From positions 320,001-384,000 of IMG/VR virus record IMGVR_UViG_3300049988_000286: a stretch of DNA of 64,000 bases. One strand, written 5' to 3'. The DNA comes from a virus. Taxonomy: Duplodnaviria > Caudoviricetes. Under the pieces are notes generated by a model. The model searched no databases. It was not told the DNA's origin and worked only from the letters and a program-made list of their open reading frames with translations. Positions 35,535 through 45,534 of this stretch are shown here, piece by piece (position 1 is the stretch's first letter; every line of letters starts with the position of its first letter). A program made the translations under genes and the position numbers.

Positions 35535-36113
35535 TCACTCCCCTCCCGTTTCAACAACCCTCGCCTGTGCCGCCATCGTTTTGGACACGATCACCTCGTC
35601 GTCGTTACCACCGTCGAGGTAGAGGAGGATGTCGCGGAGCGGCAGGGTGAGTTCAACGATCCACCACGCTCCCTTGCGTTTCGGGAGGACATAACCGCGT
35701 GTCGCATGGGTGCCATCGTAGGTGGTGAAGGTCGCGCAACGATCCCGCCGGGCGGTGAACGATACCCAGTCGCGGTTCTGGCGGTCGATGTGCTGGGGGT
35801 CGTACACGCCTCCGCCGCCGCGCCAAAGCTTGATCGGTGTATCGAGGGCAGCTTCGAACATCTCCGGAGTGGCGAAGGGTGTGGCCCAATTCTGGACTTT
35901 CATGATTTCGTTTGCGAAGAAGACGATCCGGGATGAGGTCTGGAACTTGCGGTTCCTCGATGCCCGGTTGATGCACGTCACGGCGTTGCGGTTGATCCAT
36001 GGCAGCACGGCGTCGTGGAAGCGTAAGCGGGCTTCTTCCGCCTTGTAGTGATTGAGCAAATCCCAGATCGAGAGAAGGTCTTGGTCTTCGCAGAGGTTGA
36101 TCCACTCACGCAT
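35535..36113 (-). CDS. Putative internal virion protein, ART-like fold
   Basis: MREWINLCED; LWRGG...WVSFT...DDEVIV. Confidence 0.6.
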   Translation of the reverse strand: MREWINLCEDQDLLSIWDLLNHYKAEEARLRFHDAVLPWINRNAVTCINRASRNRKFQTSSRIVFFANEIMKVQNWATPFATPEMFEAALDTPIKLWRGGGGVYDPQHIDRQNRDWVSFTARRDRCATFTTYDGTHATRGYVLPKRKGAWWIVELTLPLRDILLYLDGGNDDEVIVSKTMAAQARVVETGGE

Positions 36114-36543
36114 GTTCGTCCCTCACGAAAATCCTCGATCTGTCTGCCTTAATCGCCAACATGCCGATGCGCTTCAATCCCGCGAAACGATCGGCGAGAC
36201 TTTCGAGGTGATCCCCGATCCCCATCACGAAGCATCCGCACCCTGCTGCATAGATGGTAGCGGCGCAAGTCCAGTCGGTTTCTTGTTCGATACCGGAGAT
36301 CGACGTGCCGATGATCATCGGGTAGCCGAGGTTGCCGAGATCACGGTGCGGGGCATCATCGGCGTTCCAGACTAGCAGATCATCAGAGTAGCCGCCCCGG
36401 AGCGTCTGATGCGGTGCTGCCTTGAGGGCGCGCATGATCTCTCTCGCAGAGGGGTTGCGGTAGAGCATGATTTCGCGACCCTTACTGATGGGGAAGACTT
36501 CCCGCTTCTCCATGAGGGCGATGGTATCGATGAGGTCTCGCAT
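36106..36543 (-). CDS. Putative internal virion protein
   Basis: MRDLIDTIALME; RNPS...LRGG..DLLVW...PH. Confidence 0.65.
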   Translation of the reverse strand: MRDLIDTIALMEKREVFPISKGREIMLYRNPSAREIMRALKAAPHQTLRGGYSDDLLVWNADDAPHRDLGNLGYPMIIGTSISGIEQETDWTCAATIYAAGCGCFVMGIGDHLESLADRFAGLKRIGMLAIKADRSRIFVRDEHA

Positions 36544-36544
36544 A

Positions 36545-36982
36545 TTAGGCAAATTTCACGCGAAATTGTGTTGTATCATCGTCTTCGAAGTCGCCGAATG
36601 TGACTTGCCCATTATATTGTGCCGCGAGCTTCTTTGCTAGTTTCTCGTAGACGGACGCTCTGGCGGTATTGTCATGCCTCGGTGTGGTGAAATATATCTC
36701 CTTCGGAGAGAACTTATCGTGTAAGTCTTTGACGATGGTGATCACCGTAGCGAACACCGCAAACGGAGTTGCTTCATTAGTCGGTTTGAGGGAGAACTTG
36801 GTGCCCCCTACCATATTTCCAAATTGGATATCCCATACTTTGTTATGCGCGCGAGCGACGAAGGCGTATGGTTTATTCTTGATCTCGAATTTGGCCAAAG
36901 CGTATTCGTGATCGATGTCCTCCCAACGCCATACCTGCTGTGAATCAAAGGCTTCTCTGATGATGTTGATTAGGTCTCGCAT
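36545..36982 (-). CDS. Putative internal virion protein (paralog of 46203)
   Basis: MRDLINIIREAF; VFATV...R..VYEKL; TAAATA-N4-ATG. Confidence 0.65.
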   Translation of the reverse strand: MRDLINIIREAFDSQQVWRWEDIDHEYALAKFEIKNKPYAFVARAHNKVWDIQFGNMVGGTKFSLKPTNEATPFAVFATVITIVKDLHDKFSPKEIYFTTPRHDNTARASVYEKLAKKLAAQYNGQVTFGDFEDDDTTQFRVKFA

Positions 36983-37030
36983 TGCGTATTTAGGCTTGCG
37001 AACCAGACTTGGACGAACTATAGCAGAGCG

Positions 37031-37255
37031 ATGGACCGCCGCAAATCTGCCCGCCTCTACTCCGCCTCCGCCCACGCTATCATGCGCGAGCGCGCCGAAG
37101 TGGCTCGAAAACGTGCAGAAATTTGGGGCGATCATCTCCCGCAGCACCTCGCCGTTGAGCGTCGTGAGACTTTCCTTCGCTGGCTTTGGATCGCTGTGTT
37201 GGTCGGGTGTCTGGTGCTCGGTGTGGGCTTCCTCGTTACCCAGACGGTGCAGTGA
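37031..37255 (+). CDS. Small membrane protein
   Basis: C-terminal TM helix. Confidence 0.55.
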   Translation: MDRRKSARLYSASAHAIMRERAEVARKRAEIWGDHLPQHLAVERRETFLRWLWIAVLVGCLVLGVGFLVTQTVQ

Positions 37256-37470
37256 TGGGCAAGCTTTCGCGCCATGATCTTCTCCGCCGCGAGTTGGAGA
37301 GTCGGCATTTCACCAAGGCGTCGCACCCCGATCGTGAGACCCTTGATGCAATGTGGAGTCATGCCGTCGATCACAACGGCGAAGCGTGGGACTGGAATAC
37401 GCAGGAGAAGCCGGGGATCACCACCGCATACGCTTTCCTCGTCTCGCTGCTCAAGCATCCGGTGCCATGA
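37255..37470 (+). CDS. Hypothetical protein
   Basis: MGKLSRHD...; starts at previous stop. Confidence 0.55.
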   Translation: MGKLSRHDLLRRELESRHFTKASHPDRETLDAMWSHAVDHNGEAWDWNTQEKPGITTAYAFLVSLLKHPVP

Positions 37471-37521
37471 GGTGTTGACAGTTCGGTAAATCAAACCCAT
37501 GGAGCGGAAAGGAGAACAATC

Positions 37522-37848
37522 ATGGACCTTTTTCGTATCGCGGCCCAGCGCGGCATCACGCTCCCGACCGCGAAGGTCGTCCCGCAGAAAAGAGCGACGA
37601 GTCAGCCAATCACCCGCAATCAGCCTGTAGAGGTTCGACTGCTGGTTCGCGGCGATCTACCGGTCCAATACACGCGAGCCGGCAAAGTGGCCAAGCGACA
37701 GCCAGCGCCGATGCTACCCGGTGAAACGGCTTGGGCGAAGCTGCGCTATACCGGTGAGGTGAACCTGTATCCATTCGAGATGGCGGGCGAGGGCTATGAA
37801 CTTGTCTCCGACGCCGAAGAGGGCGTGCATTACGAGTTCGTCGAATGA
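37522..37848 (+). CDS. Hypothetical protein
   Basis: AAGGAG SD. Confidence 0.7.
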   Translation: MDLFRIAAQRGITLPTAKVVPQKRATSQPITRNQPVEVRLLVRGDLPVQYTRAGKVAKRQPAPMLPGETAWAKLRYTGEVNLYPFEMAGEGYELVSDAEEGVHYEFVE

Positions 37849-38063
37849 AGACGCGTATCCTCTGTATCCTCACTATCACGGGCTTCTTCTGCTTCGCTTC
37901 AGCGCTCCTGATGACCCTCGTGCTCGACATGAGGAACTTCTTCGACGCCCTTCCTGCCGCGCGCCTCTATGTCTTAATGGTGGAGGGTGCGCTATTCTCC
38001 GCCACAATGACCAGTGCCTTCGCGGCTCGCTGGTATGTCTTGCGCTGGCGGTGCGATCTGTGA
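37845..38063 (+). CDS. Small 2-TM membrane protein
   Basis: Two hydrophobic segments. Confidence 0.6.
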   Translation: MKTRILCILTITGFFCFASALLMTLVLDMRNFFDALPAARLYVLMVEGALFSATMTSAFAARWYVLRWRCDL

Positions 38064-38377
38064 AGAAAACCGTTTTGCGCATACAAGCGAAAGGCGGTCG
38101 AGCGCCCGTGGTGGCGATGATGGAGGCGATGATCCGGGCGGGCATCCCCTTCGTCATGGCGAACAGCGTCTCGCATCCCGGATCACGCGCTACCTTGCGC
38201 GATTGGGGCGAGAACTCCGACCTCCTCTTCGCTCTTGTTCGTGACAGTGATGTGGCGATGATCAGATTGATCAACACGGAATGCACGATCAGAGATAATA
38301 ATCACGTGTGGTGGAGCTACGCGTCGCGGCCGAAGACCGAATCGGACCGGCCCGCCATACGCTTGCGGCCTTGGTGA
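38060..38377 (+). CDS. Family A paralog (dispersed)
   Basis: IRAGIPF...VRDSDVAMIRL. Confidence 0.7.
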   Translation: MKKTVLRIQAKGGRAPVVAMMEAMIRAGIPFVMANSVSHPGSRATLRDWGENSDLLFALVRDSDVAMIRLINTECTIRDNNHVWWSYASRPKTESDRPAIRLRPW

Positions 38378-38408
38378 CGACTAAATAGGGGAAAGGAGAC
38401 CTCCCCTC

Positions 38409-38903
38409 ATGCGCACCTACATCGACATCATCAACGAAGCACAGGAGCAACTCAACGAGTTGTTCGGCCTCTCCTCGAAGGAGAAGGCTGCGAAAAGCTT
38501 GGCTGCGACGGGTGACGAGATCAAGGCAGCTATGCAGATCAGACACACGATCGAGAGCGCGAAAGCCGTTGATGCTCTCGCAGTCAAGGCGCTGGGTCAA
38601 GGCGCTGATGCTGCGTTCTTCCAGAAGCTGGGTTTCGAATCGCGGATCAATCCACAGGAAGCACAGGGCACCTTCTATGTCCCCGATGTGTGGACCGATA
38701 TGAAGTCGGTGCATGAGTTCCAGACCGTCTACGGCGTTGAGCGCCTCGCTGGTCCGGTGAGTCAGCAGAACAAGATCGACGAATTCTCGATCGAGCGTCG
38801 CTACCCGGATCGCACCAACAAATGGGTGCCTCGTCGTGCATTTCAGGCGTGGATCAGCCGAGCGGACGGCAATCACGAGAAGCTGATCTTCCGCCTCAAA
38901 TAA
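38409..38903 (+). CDS. Putative internal virion protein
   Basis: MRTYIDIINEAQEQLNE; TAAATA at 38382. Confidence 0.7.
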   Translation: MRTYIDIINEAQEQLNELFGLSSKEKAAKSLAATGDEIKAAMQIRHTIESAKAVDALAVKALGQGADAAFFQKLGFESRINPQEAQGTFYVPDVWTDMKSVHEFQTVYGVERLAGPVSQQNKIDEFSIERRYPDRTNKWVPRRAFQAWISRADGNHEKLIFRLK

Positions 38904-38961
38904 AGAGTTCGTGCTTGACCCCTGCCGCTAATCGTTTATACACGCGGTTCAGGAGACGATC

Positions 38962-39492
38962 ATGACCCGCACTTACATCGGCCATTACAAGCGCTTCGGT
39001 CAGCCCAACCACCACATGGCGGTCTATCGTCTCGAAGATGGCCGCACGGTCAATGATCAGAATGTTGAGATCAGCCTCGACAAGCGCGTTCTGGTCAGCG
39101 GTCCCGAAGATGGCGGTGAGGTTTGCGGTTGCGCGTTGTGTCAGCGTAAGGCTCGCCTCGCTCCGCCCAAGGGTTTCGACGGTTGCACGTGCACCGAGTT
39201 CACCCTCCATTTCCATCTCTGCCAGTGCGGCGTGCGCCAGCGTGTCCTCGAAGCCGAGGCGGAAGCCATCGTCCCGATGCTATCGGACGAGCAAGTCTCC
39301 GCGATGGTTGAGGTCACTGGCGCGATCGAGCAGCGCAAGGCAGACAATCTCGGCTACGGCTTGAAGAAACTTCAGTTAAGCACGGGATGGTCGCGTAGCG
39401 GAGACAATGCGGTTATCTTGACCGATCTGGGTAAAATTGTTCAGGACCGGTTGCGCAAACATCTCGAAGTAGTCAAAGTCCTCTCGACGTAA
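38962..39492 (+). CDS. Hypothetical protein with Cys/His clusters
   Basis: AGGAG SD; CGCALC, CTC, CQC. Confidence 0.7.
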   Translation: MTRTYIGHYKRFGQPNHHMAVYRLEDGRTVNDQNVEISLDKRVLVSGPEDGGEVCGCALCQRKARLAPPKGFDGCTCTEFTLHFHLCQCGVRQRVLEAEAEAIVPMLSDEQVSAMVEVTGAIEQRKADNLGYGLKKLQLSTGWSRSGDNAVILTDLGKIVQDRLRKHLEVVKVLST

Positions 39493-39609
39493 TCTTATAA
39501 TCTTTATTGTCCCTTGGTTGGAATGTTGCTATAGTTCGGCAACATTCCTGTCATGATTGACAGCGCGGATGATCGCGCTACCATCGTGGCACTATATAGG
39601 GAGTCAATC

Positions 39610-39738
39610 ATGAGCGACCTTCTCGCAGCCCTCCTCTTCCTCATGGGCCTTGGTCCCAATCCCGATCTTCCGCCCGATCCTGCGGTTCACACGTTGGGTG
39701 GTGGTATCCCGACGACGCCCCCGACGCGCGTGGACTAA
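39610..39738 (+). CDS. 42-aa peptide with hydrophobic N-terminus
   Basis: MSDLLAALLFLMGLGPNPDLPPDPAVHTLGGGIPTTPPTRVD; GGAG SD. Confidence 0.55.
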   Translation: MSDLLAALLFLMGLGPNPDLPPDPAVHTLGGGIPTTPPTRVD

Positions 39739-39740
39739 AG

Positions 39741-40232
39741 ATGCCGGTTGAGATACTCCTCTACGGAGTCTTGTGCTCGATCTCGGCACTGTGTGGCATC
39801 CCGGCTTTGATGAACCGTGATGATGGCGTCTACGCTCTTGTTGGCGGGATGATCATGTCGCTGTTCTGGTGCGCGAATGCCATGTTGTGGATGAGCAATG
39901 GCGTAGAGTTGTTCGCATTCGTCGATGGTGGTTTCTTTGTCGCTACGGTGATCCTGTGGTGGTTCACGCGACTACGTTGGGTGGGTTTACTCGCGCTGCT
40001 CTTCTTGGGCAACCTTGGCCTTGATGCTCTTTTCCTCAAGGCGTTCGGTATCAATGTCGGTATGACCTATCCGTGGTTCTCGCGAGCCTCCAACCTGTTG
40101 TTCATCAGTGAACTCGCCACGGTGGCTTGGGTAGGGTGGTCGCAGATGCAAGCAAGGATGAAGATCGCTACAGCGACGCTCGGTGGCACGATCACGGTCG
40201 CGCTGGGGTTGATCTCTTTCGGTATCTTCTAA
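39741..40232 (+). CDS. Multi-pass membrane protein
   Basis: About 5-6 hydrophobic segments. Confidence 0.7.
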   Translation: MPVEILLYGVLCSISALCGIPALMNRDDGVYALVGGMIMSLFWCANAMLWMSNGVELFAFVDGGFFVATVILWWFTRLRWVGLLALLFLGNLGLDALFLKAFGINVGMTYPWFSRASNLLFISELATVAWVGWSQMQARMKIATATLGGTITVALGLISFGIF

Positions 40233-40288
40233 AGAGGTGTTGACAGTTCGCTGATAATCGATTAGAGGTCGGTCCAAGGAGAAAACTG

Positions 40289-41215
40289 ATGCCCAAGGCC
40301 ACCTTCACGATCGACAACCCCCTCAACGCGAACCCGCCCGAGAGCAAGGTATGGTTCCACGTCACCGTGACGGACGGTCGGGTGACGGCGGTCGAGGAGC
40401 ACACCGGCTACGCGGGTGGCCCGATCACTGGAACGCTGGAGACGTTGAGCGAGCGTGTCGCTGCTCGCGGCGGCAGTCAGGATGCCCTTGCCGCGTTCCT
40501 GATGTCGCTCGGTGTCATGGGCACGGTGGATCGTTCGGGCTCGATGAGCAAGGAGATGCTGCGGGCGATCTCCGATGAGGTCAAAGGCATCATGGCCAAC
40601 ACCGACGCGCTCGATATGCTCGACTTCCAGATCGATGGCGTGCTCGTCCGCGAGACGAACCTCGACCAGTTCCTGACCGAAGTCGCGCTGCGGGACTGGC
40701 GTCGGCGAGTGGTTCAGGTTTGGGCCACGATCTCGGGCAAGCAGAACGAGTTCGATGACGATCGCCTCGACATGCTCGATCAACTCGACGATCTCATCGG
40801 CGAACGTATCACGGCTATGCGCCAAGCGGCGGAGGCCCGCATGATGTCGATCGCCCCGCGCCGTCTCGACATGGTGGTGGTGCAGCAGAACGATGACCGC
40901 GACGCGGTGATGAACTGGTCGATGGGCGGCATGAAGGTTTCGGAGATCGAGGGTTGCCTCGATGCATTCGAGCGCGCGGAGCAGATGACCTCGTTCGAAT
41001 TCGACGCCTACGAGACGTTTGGTCAGGCGGCGTGCAACGCGGAGGGCATCGAGACCCTGCACGATCTGTTCGGCACGCGCTTCGCCGAGGCGTTCTTCCT
41101 GCGCAAGAAGTTCCTCATCCTCGACGCAGATCGTCGTGATGCTGTCGTGGAAGTCGCGTTGGCGCAATTGCGCCTCGACCGCATCGAGGCAAAGATCACG
41201 GAGTTGATGGCATGA
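40289..41215 (+). CDS. Hypothetical protein
   Basis: AAGGAG SD; promoter at 40240. Confidence 0.75.
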   Translation: MPKATFTIDNPLNANPPESKVWFHVTVTDGRVTAVEEHTGYAGGPITGTLETLSERVAARGGSQDALAAFLMSLGVMGTVDRSGSMSKEMLRAISDEVKGIMANTDALDMLDFQIDGVLVRETNLDQFLTEVALRDWRRRVVQVWATISGKQNEFDDDRLDMLDQLDDLIGERITAMRQAAEARMMSIAPRRLDMVVVQQNDDRDAVMNWSMGGMKVSEIEGCLDAFERAEQMTSFEFDAYETFGQAACNAEGIETLHDLFGTRFAEAFFLRKKFLILDADRRDAVVEVALAQLRLDRIEAKITELMA

Positions 41216-41394
41216 TCGCCATCGGGCTCGTCATCCTGTTCATCATCCTGACGGTGGTCTGCTTCTTCGCGTGGGTGGCTGCCATTCCCGGCACCACCGC
41301 CCCCACCCCCGAACTCACCGTCATTCGGATCGCCATCACCGCAGTCTGGATAGCGGGCACGGCGGGCCTGATCTTCGTCGAGACCTTGATCTAG
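41212..41394 (+). CDS. Small 2-TM membrane protein
   Basis: Hydrophobic. Confidence 0.6.
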   Translation: MIAIGLVILFIILTVVCFFAWVAAIPGTTAPTPELTVIRIAITAVWIAGTAGLIFVETLI

Positions 41395-41697
41395 GTGGCT
41401 CGCGGCATCACGCGCGTGCACATCTGCTTTCCCTGCCGGAAGGTGGGTAAGGGGCAGATGCGGCGGGGGCGACGGATCAAGCCCCGTTGTTCCGCGTGTC
41501 GCGCAGAGATGGTCCGCAATCCACAGAGCAGTAACACGCCGTCGCCGAACGATGACCGGGCATGGAAGGCGTTCGAACAGGATTGCGTGCGCCTCGTTAG
41601 AGACCTCGTAGAGCTATACAACGACTCTACCCTTCATCGTCACTGGCACGATTGGGCGAGAAGCCCTTGCGCTCCGGTGGCGCTACGCGATATCTGA
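41395..41697 (+). CDS. Zn-ribbon protein
   Basis: CFPC...CSAC. Confidence 0.55.
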   Translation: MARGITRVHICFPCRKVGKGQMRRGRRIKPRCSACRAEMVRNPQSSNTPSPNDDRAWKAFEQDCVRLVRDLVELYNDSTLHRHWHDWARSPCAPVALRDI

Positions 41698-42359
41698 TGT
41701 CACGACGACAGGGGGAATTGTTGAAGAGCAGTCCGGTGGCGTGGGTCAATCATCTGTATGATCTTCCCGGCGACGCGCCTGTGCGCCTCTACAGCTATCA
41801 GGGCGAGGATGCATGGGCGCTCGCGGAGGAGCGCGGCTACTGGACCGGCAGTCCCCACATCTGGGACGAGGACGGCGACTACGGCTTTGGTCCCGCCTAT
41901 GATTGGATGCGCGATCAGATGCGCGCGAGGATCACTCATTTCTCCGGTGACTATCCGATGTGGGGCTGGATCAAGCGCCCCTCGACGAAGCCGAAGCCGC
42001 GCCGTTATCGCGGTCTTAGTGAACGGATCAGGCTCACCGTTGAGGTGCCGAGATCGCGCATCCTCTTCTCCGACTATGAGACGTGGCACTCGGTGCTCAA
42101 TCGTTCTCTCCTTGCACGCACAGAGGAAGAATGGGAGCAACACTGCGTGGCCTATCCCGAGCATTGGTCGATGCTCGATGCCGATTATACGGCACGCTAC
42201 CTCGCGTCGATCGAGCCAAGCTGGCACCGCTGTCTCGGATTCATCCATGACCCCGATCCCCTTGTGAGATACTGGCAGGGGCGGACTGACCGGTTCATCG
42301 TTCAAGCATGTGTGGACCGTTTTGAGTGGAGCGAGGTTAAGGCAGTGCGGCGGTTCTAG
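41652..42359 (+). CDS. DUF3841-like protein
   Basis: AYDWM..QM...YPMW.W...ILFSDY..WH.VLN...QA. Confidence 0.7.
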   Translation: MGEKPLRSGGATRYLMSRRQGELLKSSPVAWVNHLYDLPGDAPVRLYSYQGEDAWALAEERGYWTGSPHIWDEDGDYGFGPAYDWMRDQMRARITHFSGDYPMWGWIKRPSTKPKPRRYRGLSERIRLTVEVPRSRILFSDYETWHSVLNRSLLARTEEEWEQHCVAYPEHWSMLDADYTARYLASIEPSWHRCLGFIHDPDPLVRYWQGRTDRFIVQACVDRFEWSEVKAVRRF

Positions 42360-42883
42360 TCGAACAGGTCCATGATTGATTTCATCGAAGTGGACTGTGC
42401 CTTCGTCACACTGGCGGAGCGTTCCGGCTTACGCAACGCCTCGATGGTGTGCTGTCTAACTATCTCGATCAATTCACCGCTAAGGTTGAAGTGATCATCA
42501 GTCAGGCGGGTGATCAGTTGATTGGGGATCATGACCTTCCTGTTGAGCAAGACGGCGTTGAAGGCCTCTGTGGCGCTGCTACCGTGCTGGATCAGCACCG
42601 CGATCATCAATGCGGCACTTCTACTCTGCCCCGCAAAACAATGGATAACAAGGCGATCATCATCGGTCATATCGCGGGTGTGATCAAACATACGGTGGAG
42701 ATCATCCATTGTCGCTGCCCCGTCTTGCTCGACATGGACATCAGCGATCGGAAGGATAAGATGATGAGACCCGCGCGCCTTGAGACCGATCTCCGGTGAA
42801 ACTGCGGAAACAATCTTTGTCGGCCAGTTGCGATCAAACTCCAATTCAGCCTCCGAGAGACCAAGAACCTTAAATCCAAACAT
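42356..42883 (-). CDS. Tyrosine/dual-specificity phosphatase
   Basis: HCFAGQSRS (CX5R), PNQL. Confidence 0.85.
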   Translation of the reverse strand: MFGFKVLGLSEAELEFDRNWPTKIVSAVSPEIGLKARGSHHLILPIADVHVEQDGAATMDDLHRMFDHTRDMTDDDRLVIHCFAGQSRSAALMIAVLIQHGSSATEAFNAVLLNRKVMIPNQLITRLTDDHFNLSGELIEIVRQHTIEALRKPERSASVTKAQSTSMKSIMDLFD

Positions 42884-42927
42884 GCTTCTTTATAGCACAA
42901 TAGCGACCTTGTTGTTATAAACTACAA

Positions 42928-43377
42928 GTGATCTATTATATTGATACGGAGTTCAACTCTTTTGAGGGTGACCTCATCTCCATCGCGCTCATCCCGGAGA
43001 ACCATGACCATCCCTATTTCTATGGGGCGGTTCCGTGCAACGATCCCCATCCTTGGGTAGCCGAGCACGTCATGCCGGTGCTCCACATCACGCCCGAACC
43101 TCTGGCGCAGCTTCGTCAACGCCTAACCGCCTATCTGATCGCTGATTCCGATATCACGATCGTTGCGGATTGGCCCGAAGACATCCAGCATTTTACTCGC
43201 CTCCTCATTGTGGGACCGGGGCGCATGATCCCGATTGCGAGTATGAAGTTCGAGTATCGCAACTATCCGGAATTTAATAGTGCGAGGGTGAGCGCCATTC
43301 CCCATAATGCGGTCGCGGATGCTCGGGCGCTTCGCGATTACGCGATGCTGCACGAATTGCGAAAGGATGCGCGATGA
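42928..43377 (+). CDS. DEDDh 3'-5' exonuclease (Rv2179c-like)
   Basis: IDTEF...LISIAL...HNAVADA. Confidence 0.8.
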   Translation: MIYYIDTEFNSFEGDLISIALIPENHDHPYFYGAVPCNDPHPWVAEHVMPVLHITPEPLAQLRQRLTAYLIADSDITIVADWPEDIQHFTRLLIVGPGRMIPIASMKFEYRNYPEFNSARVSAIPHNAVADARALRDYAMLHELRKDAR

Positions 43378-43772
43378 CTCTCAATATTGGACTGGCGGCG
43401 GAGATGCGGTGCCTCAACGTCGCGGCAGAGAAGAGACTAGAGCAAGAGGCGGAGGAAAGGCTCGTGCTCGCAAAGCAGAAAGCAGTTGAGGAACGAGAAC
43501 TCGCGACTGTATGGGCACTGTCCCAACTAAAGACGCTGGAAAGGGAGCTTCGTGCCAAAGCAGAGAAGGGTGCGAAGTATATGTTGTTCCCGATCGCGAC
43601 CTTCGAGAGCGAGCGAAGCCATACGACTGATCTGCGCGTCAACGCCTTGACGATCCTCTTGGAAGCAGAGGGCTTCGAGGTATTGGCCGAATATGATCGC
43701 GAGGAGCCTTGTGGTAGCGACTCTATGTTCCACCATACAGTTCACTCGACATCCGTGCGTATCTCGTGGTAG
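43374..43772 (+). CDS. Hypothetical protein
   Basis: Overlapping operon member. Confidence 0.65.
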   Translation: MTLNIGLAAEMRCLNVAAEKRLEQEAEERLVLAKQKAVEERELATVWALSQLKTLERELRAKAEKGAKYMLFPIATFESERSHTTDLRVNALTILLEAEGFEVLAEYDREEPCGSDSMFHHTVHSTSVRISW

Positions 43773-43781
43773 CGCTCGATC

Positions 43782-44039
43782 ATGCATCGGATTGACCCCC
43801 TGACCCACGCAGACCCTGCGTGCGAGAAAAGCATCCAGCAGTGTCGTCTGCTTGCTTCCATGGATGTGGACGGCGAGGATTTGGAATGGTTTATAGGCAA
43901 AGTCCTTCAATACCAAAACCATGGTGTGCGGCGTAGTCGAGAAGCGTTCCAGCGAGATCACGACTTCGCGGAATGGGACGAGACATGGACGCAGATGTGG
44001 CGCATCCATTCCGGATACCTCGTTGCTGCGGTGGATTGA
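43782..44039 (+). CDS. Hypothetical protein
   Basis: ORF track. Confidence 0.6.
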   Translation: MHRIDPLTHADPACEKSIQQCRLLASMDVDGEDLEWFIGKVLQYQNHGVRRSREAFQRDHDFAEWDETWTQMWRIHSGYLVAAVD

Positions 44040-44226
44040 CATAGTTCGGTCAATGCTCTAATAGAGCAACATGACCAAAGACGATCGCCGCTTCCTCGCT
44101 GACCAGTCCCGTATCTTGCGGGGTTGGGAGCAGTATGGCGACAAGTTTCCGCTCGATATCACCGTAGAGGATTTGCGACGCTTGATCTCGCTTGCCCAAG
44201 CGCGTGATGCCGCGTAGACGACGGGG

Positions 44227-44772
44227 ATGCGTAACATATCCGCTATGCGACTGCCCAACAGCGGCACCCGTACCCTCTCCGAATCTGTCATGTCTCCGGA
44301 GGTCAATCTCGCCATTAGGGATTGGGTTCGATCAGCAAATCCGAGCGGCGTTCTGATCGGTGGTCTTGCGTTGAGCTTCTACGCTCGACCTCGTTACACT
44401 CAAGATGTTGATATCCTCTACTTGACTGTAGAGGAAGTTCCCGAAACGGTGGAGGGGTTCAGGCGTCATCGCCAGCACGCCTTCGAGCATCGCCAGACCG
44501 GCGTCGAGATCGAGATCGTTACACCCGAGCATGTCGGCGTCCCCGTAGAGACGATTCAGACGATCATCTCTACGGCTGTCGAACGAGATGGCGTCAGGAT
44601 CGCCTCTCCTGTTGGACTGGTTGTGTCGAAGCTGTTCCGCTTCAATATGCGAGATCGAGCCGACATCATCGATCTGATGAAAAGCAGCGACATCGACGTG
44701 GGTGCTTTCCATCTTCCACCCCCGCAGCTTGAGCGCTACATCGTTGCGCTAGCCGATGCGGAGAACGAATGA
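44227..44772 (+). CDS. Pol-beta-superfamily nucleotidyltransferase (AbiEii/MenT-like motif)
   Basis: LIGGLA...YARPRYTQDVDI...SKL...DRADI; start may be 44290. Confidence 0.75.
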   Translation: MRNISAMRLPNSGTRTLSESVMSPEVNLAIRDWVRSANPSGVLIGGLALSFYARPRYTQDVDILYLTVEEVPETVEGFRRHRQHAFEHRQTGVEIEIVTPEHVGVPVETIQTIISTAVERDGVRIASPVGLVVSKLFRFNMRDRADIIDLMKSSDIDVGAFHLPPPQLERYIVALADAENE

Positions 44773-45089
44773 TGCGTAACTTGTCTCGATATCCGGTAAC
44801 CAAGCAGGAGATGCTCGACGCGATCGACGCTGCTGCACCCTCGCTCGATAGCGATCGGGTTGGCGACATCGCGCCTGTGGCGCTACAGCGGGTTAGGGAG
44901 ATCATCGAGGCCCGGCACGAGGGTACGCGTGAGACAATGACTCGTAATGAGCGCATTATTGAACTCCTTGAGCGACAGTCGGAGAAACTACTGGCGCAGG
45001 GGCCGGAAGCGTGTCGCGACTACCTGATCAGTCTCGGCATTTACGACGACAATGGTGACCTCACCCCTGAATATGGCGGCAAGTCATGA
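44769..45089 (+). CDS. Hypothetical protein
   Basis: Overlapping operon member. Confidence 0.6.
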   Translation: MMRNLSRYPVTKQEMLDAIDAAAPSLDSDRVGDIAPVALQRVREIIEARHEGTRETMTRNERIIELLERQSEKLLAQGPEACRDYLISLGIYDDNGDLTPEYGGKS

Positions 45090-45268
45090 TCGAAATCCTC
45101 GACCACCGCTTCGTCAATCATAAGTCCGTGGAAATGATTTGCTGGCAGTGCGGCTACGTGATTTGGCGCTGCAAGGACAGTGAAGAAGTCGATGAAGCAA
45201 TTCAGACATTGGCTGGCACAAGGCTGCGCTGCGGCAAGGCGTGGCACGTCACGATCCCTGTGCCTTGA
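45086..45268 (+). CDS. Small Cys-containing protein
   Basis: CWQC. Confidence 0.55.
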   Translation: MIEILDHRFVNHKSVEMICWQCGYVIWRCKDSEEVDEAIQTLAGTRLRCGKAWHVTIPVP

Positions 45269-45534
45269 ACCATGTCATTCCCTTGGGTGAGCGGCCCAAC
45301 TCCTTCTGGCAGGAAGTGATTGAATGGTCGCGCGACAATGGCATTGCGGTGCTTTTCGTGCGCCGCTGTATGAGGATGTCAAGGCGGGCATTTTCCACTG
45401 CGACCCGTGATCTCACCGTGTTGCGGTTTGGTGGAATGACCCTTGGGAAGATCGTCGCCGCGAGTGTCATCATTCGTCAGCGCGACGTTGCGCTATTCCA
45501 TATCCGGTTCGGTATAGCCAACAGTAAGGGTTGA
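45265..45534 (+). CDS. Family A paralog (dispersed)
   Basis: SRDNGIAV...IRQRDVALF. Confidence 0.6.
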   Translation: MNHVIPLGERPNSFWQEVIEWSRDNGIAVLFVRRCMRMSRRAFSTATRDLTVLRFGGMTLGKIVAASVIIRQRDVALFHIRFGIANSKG

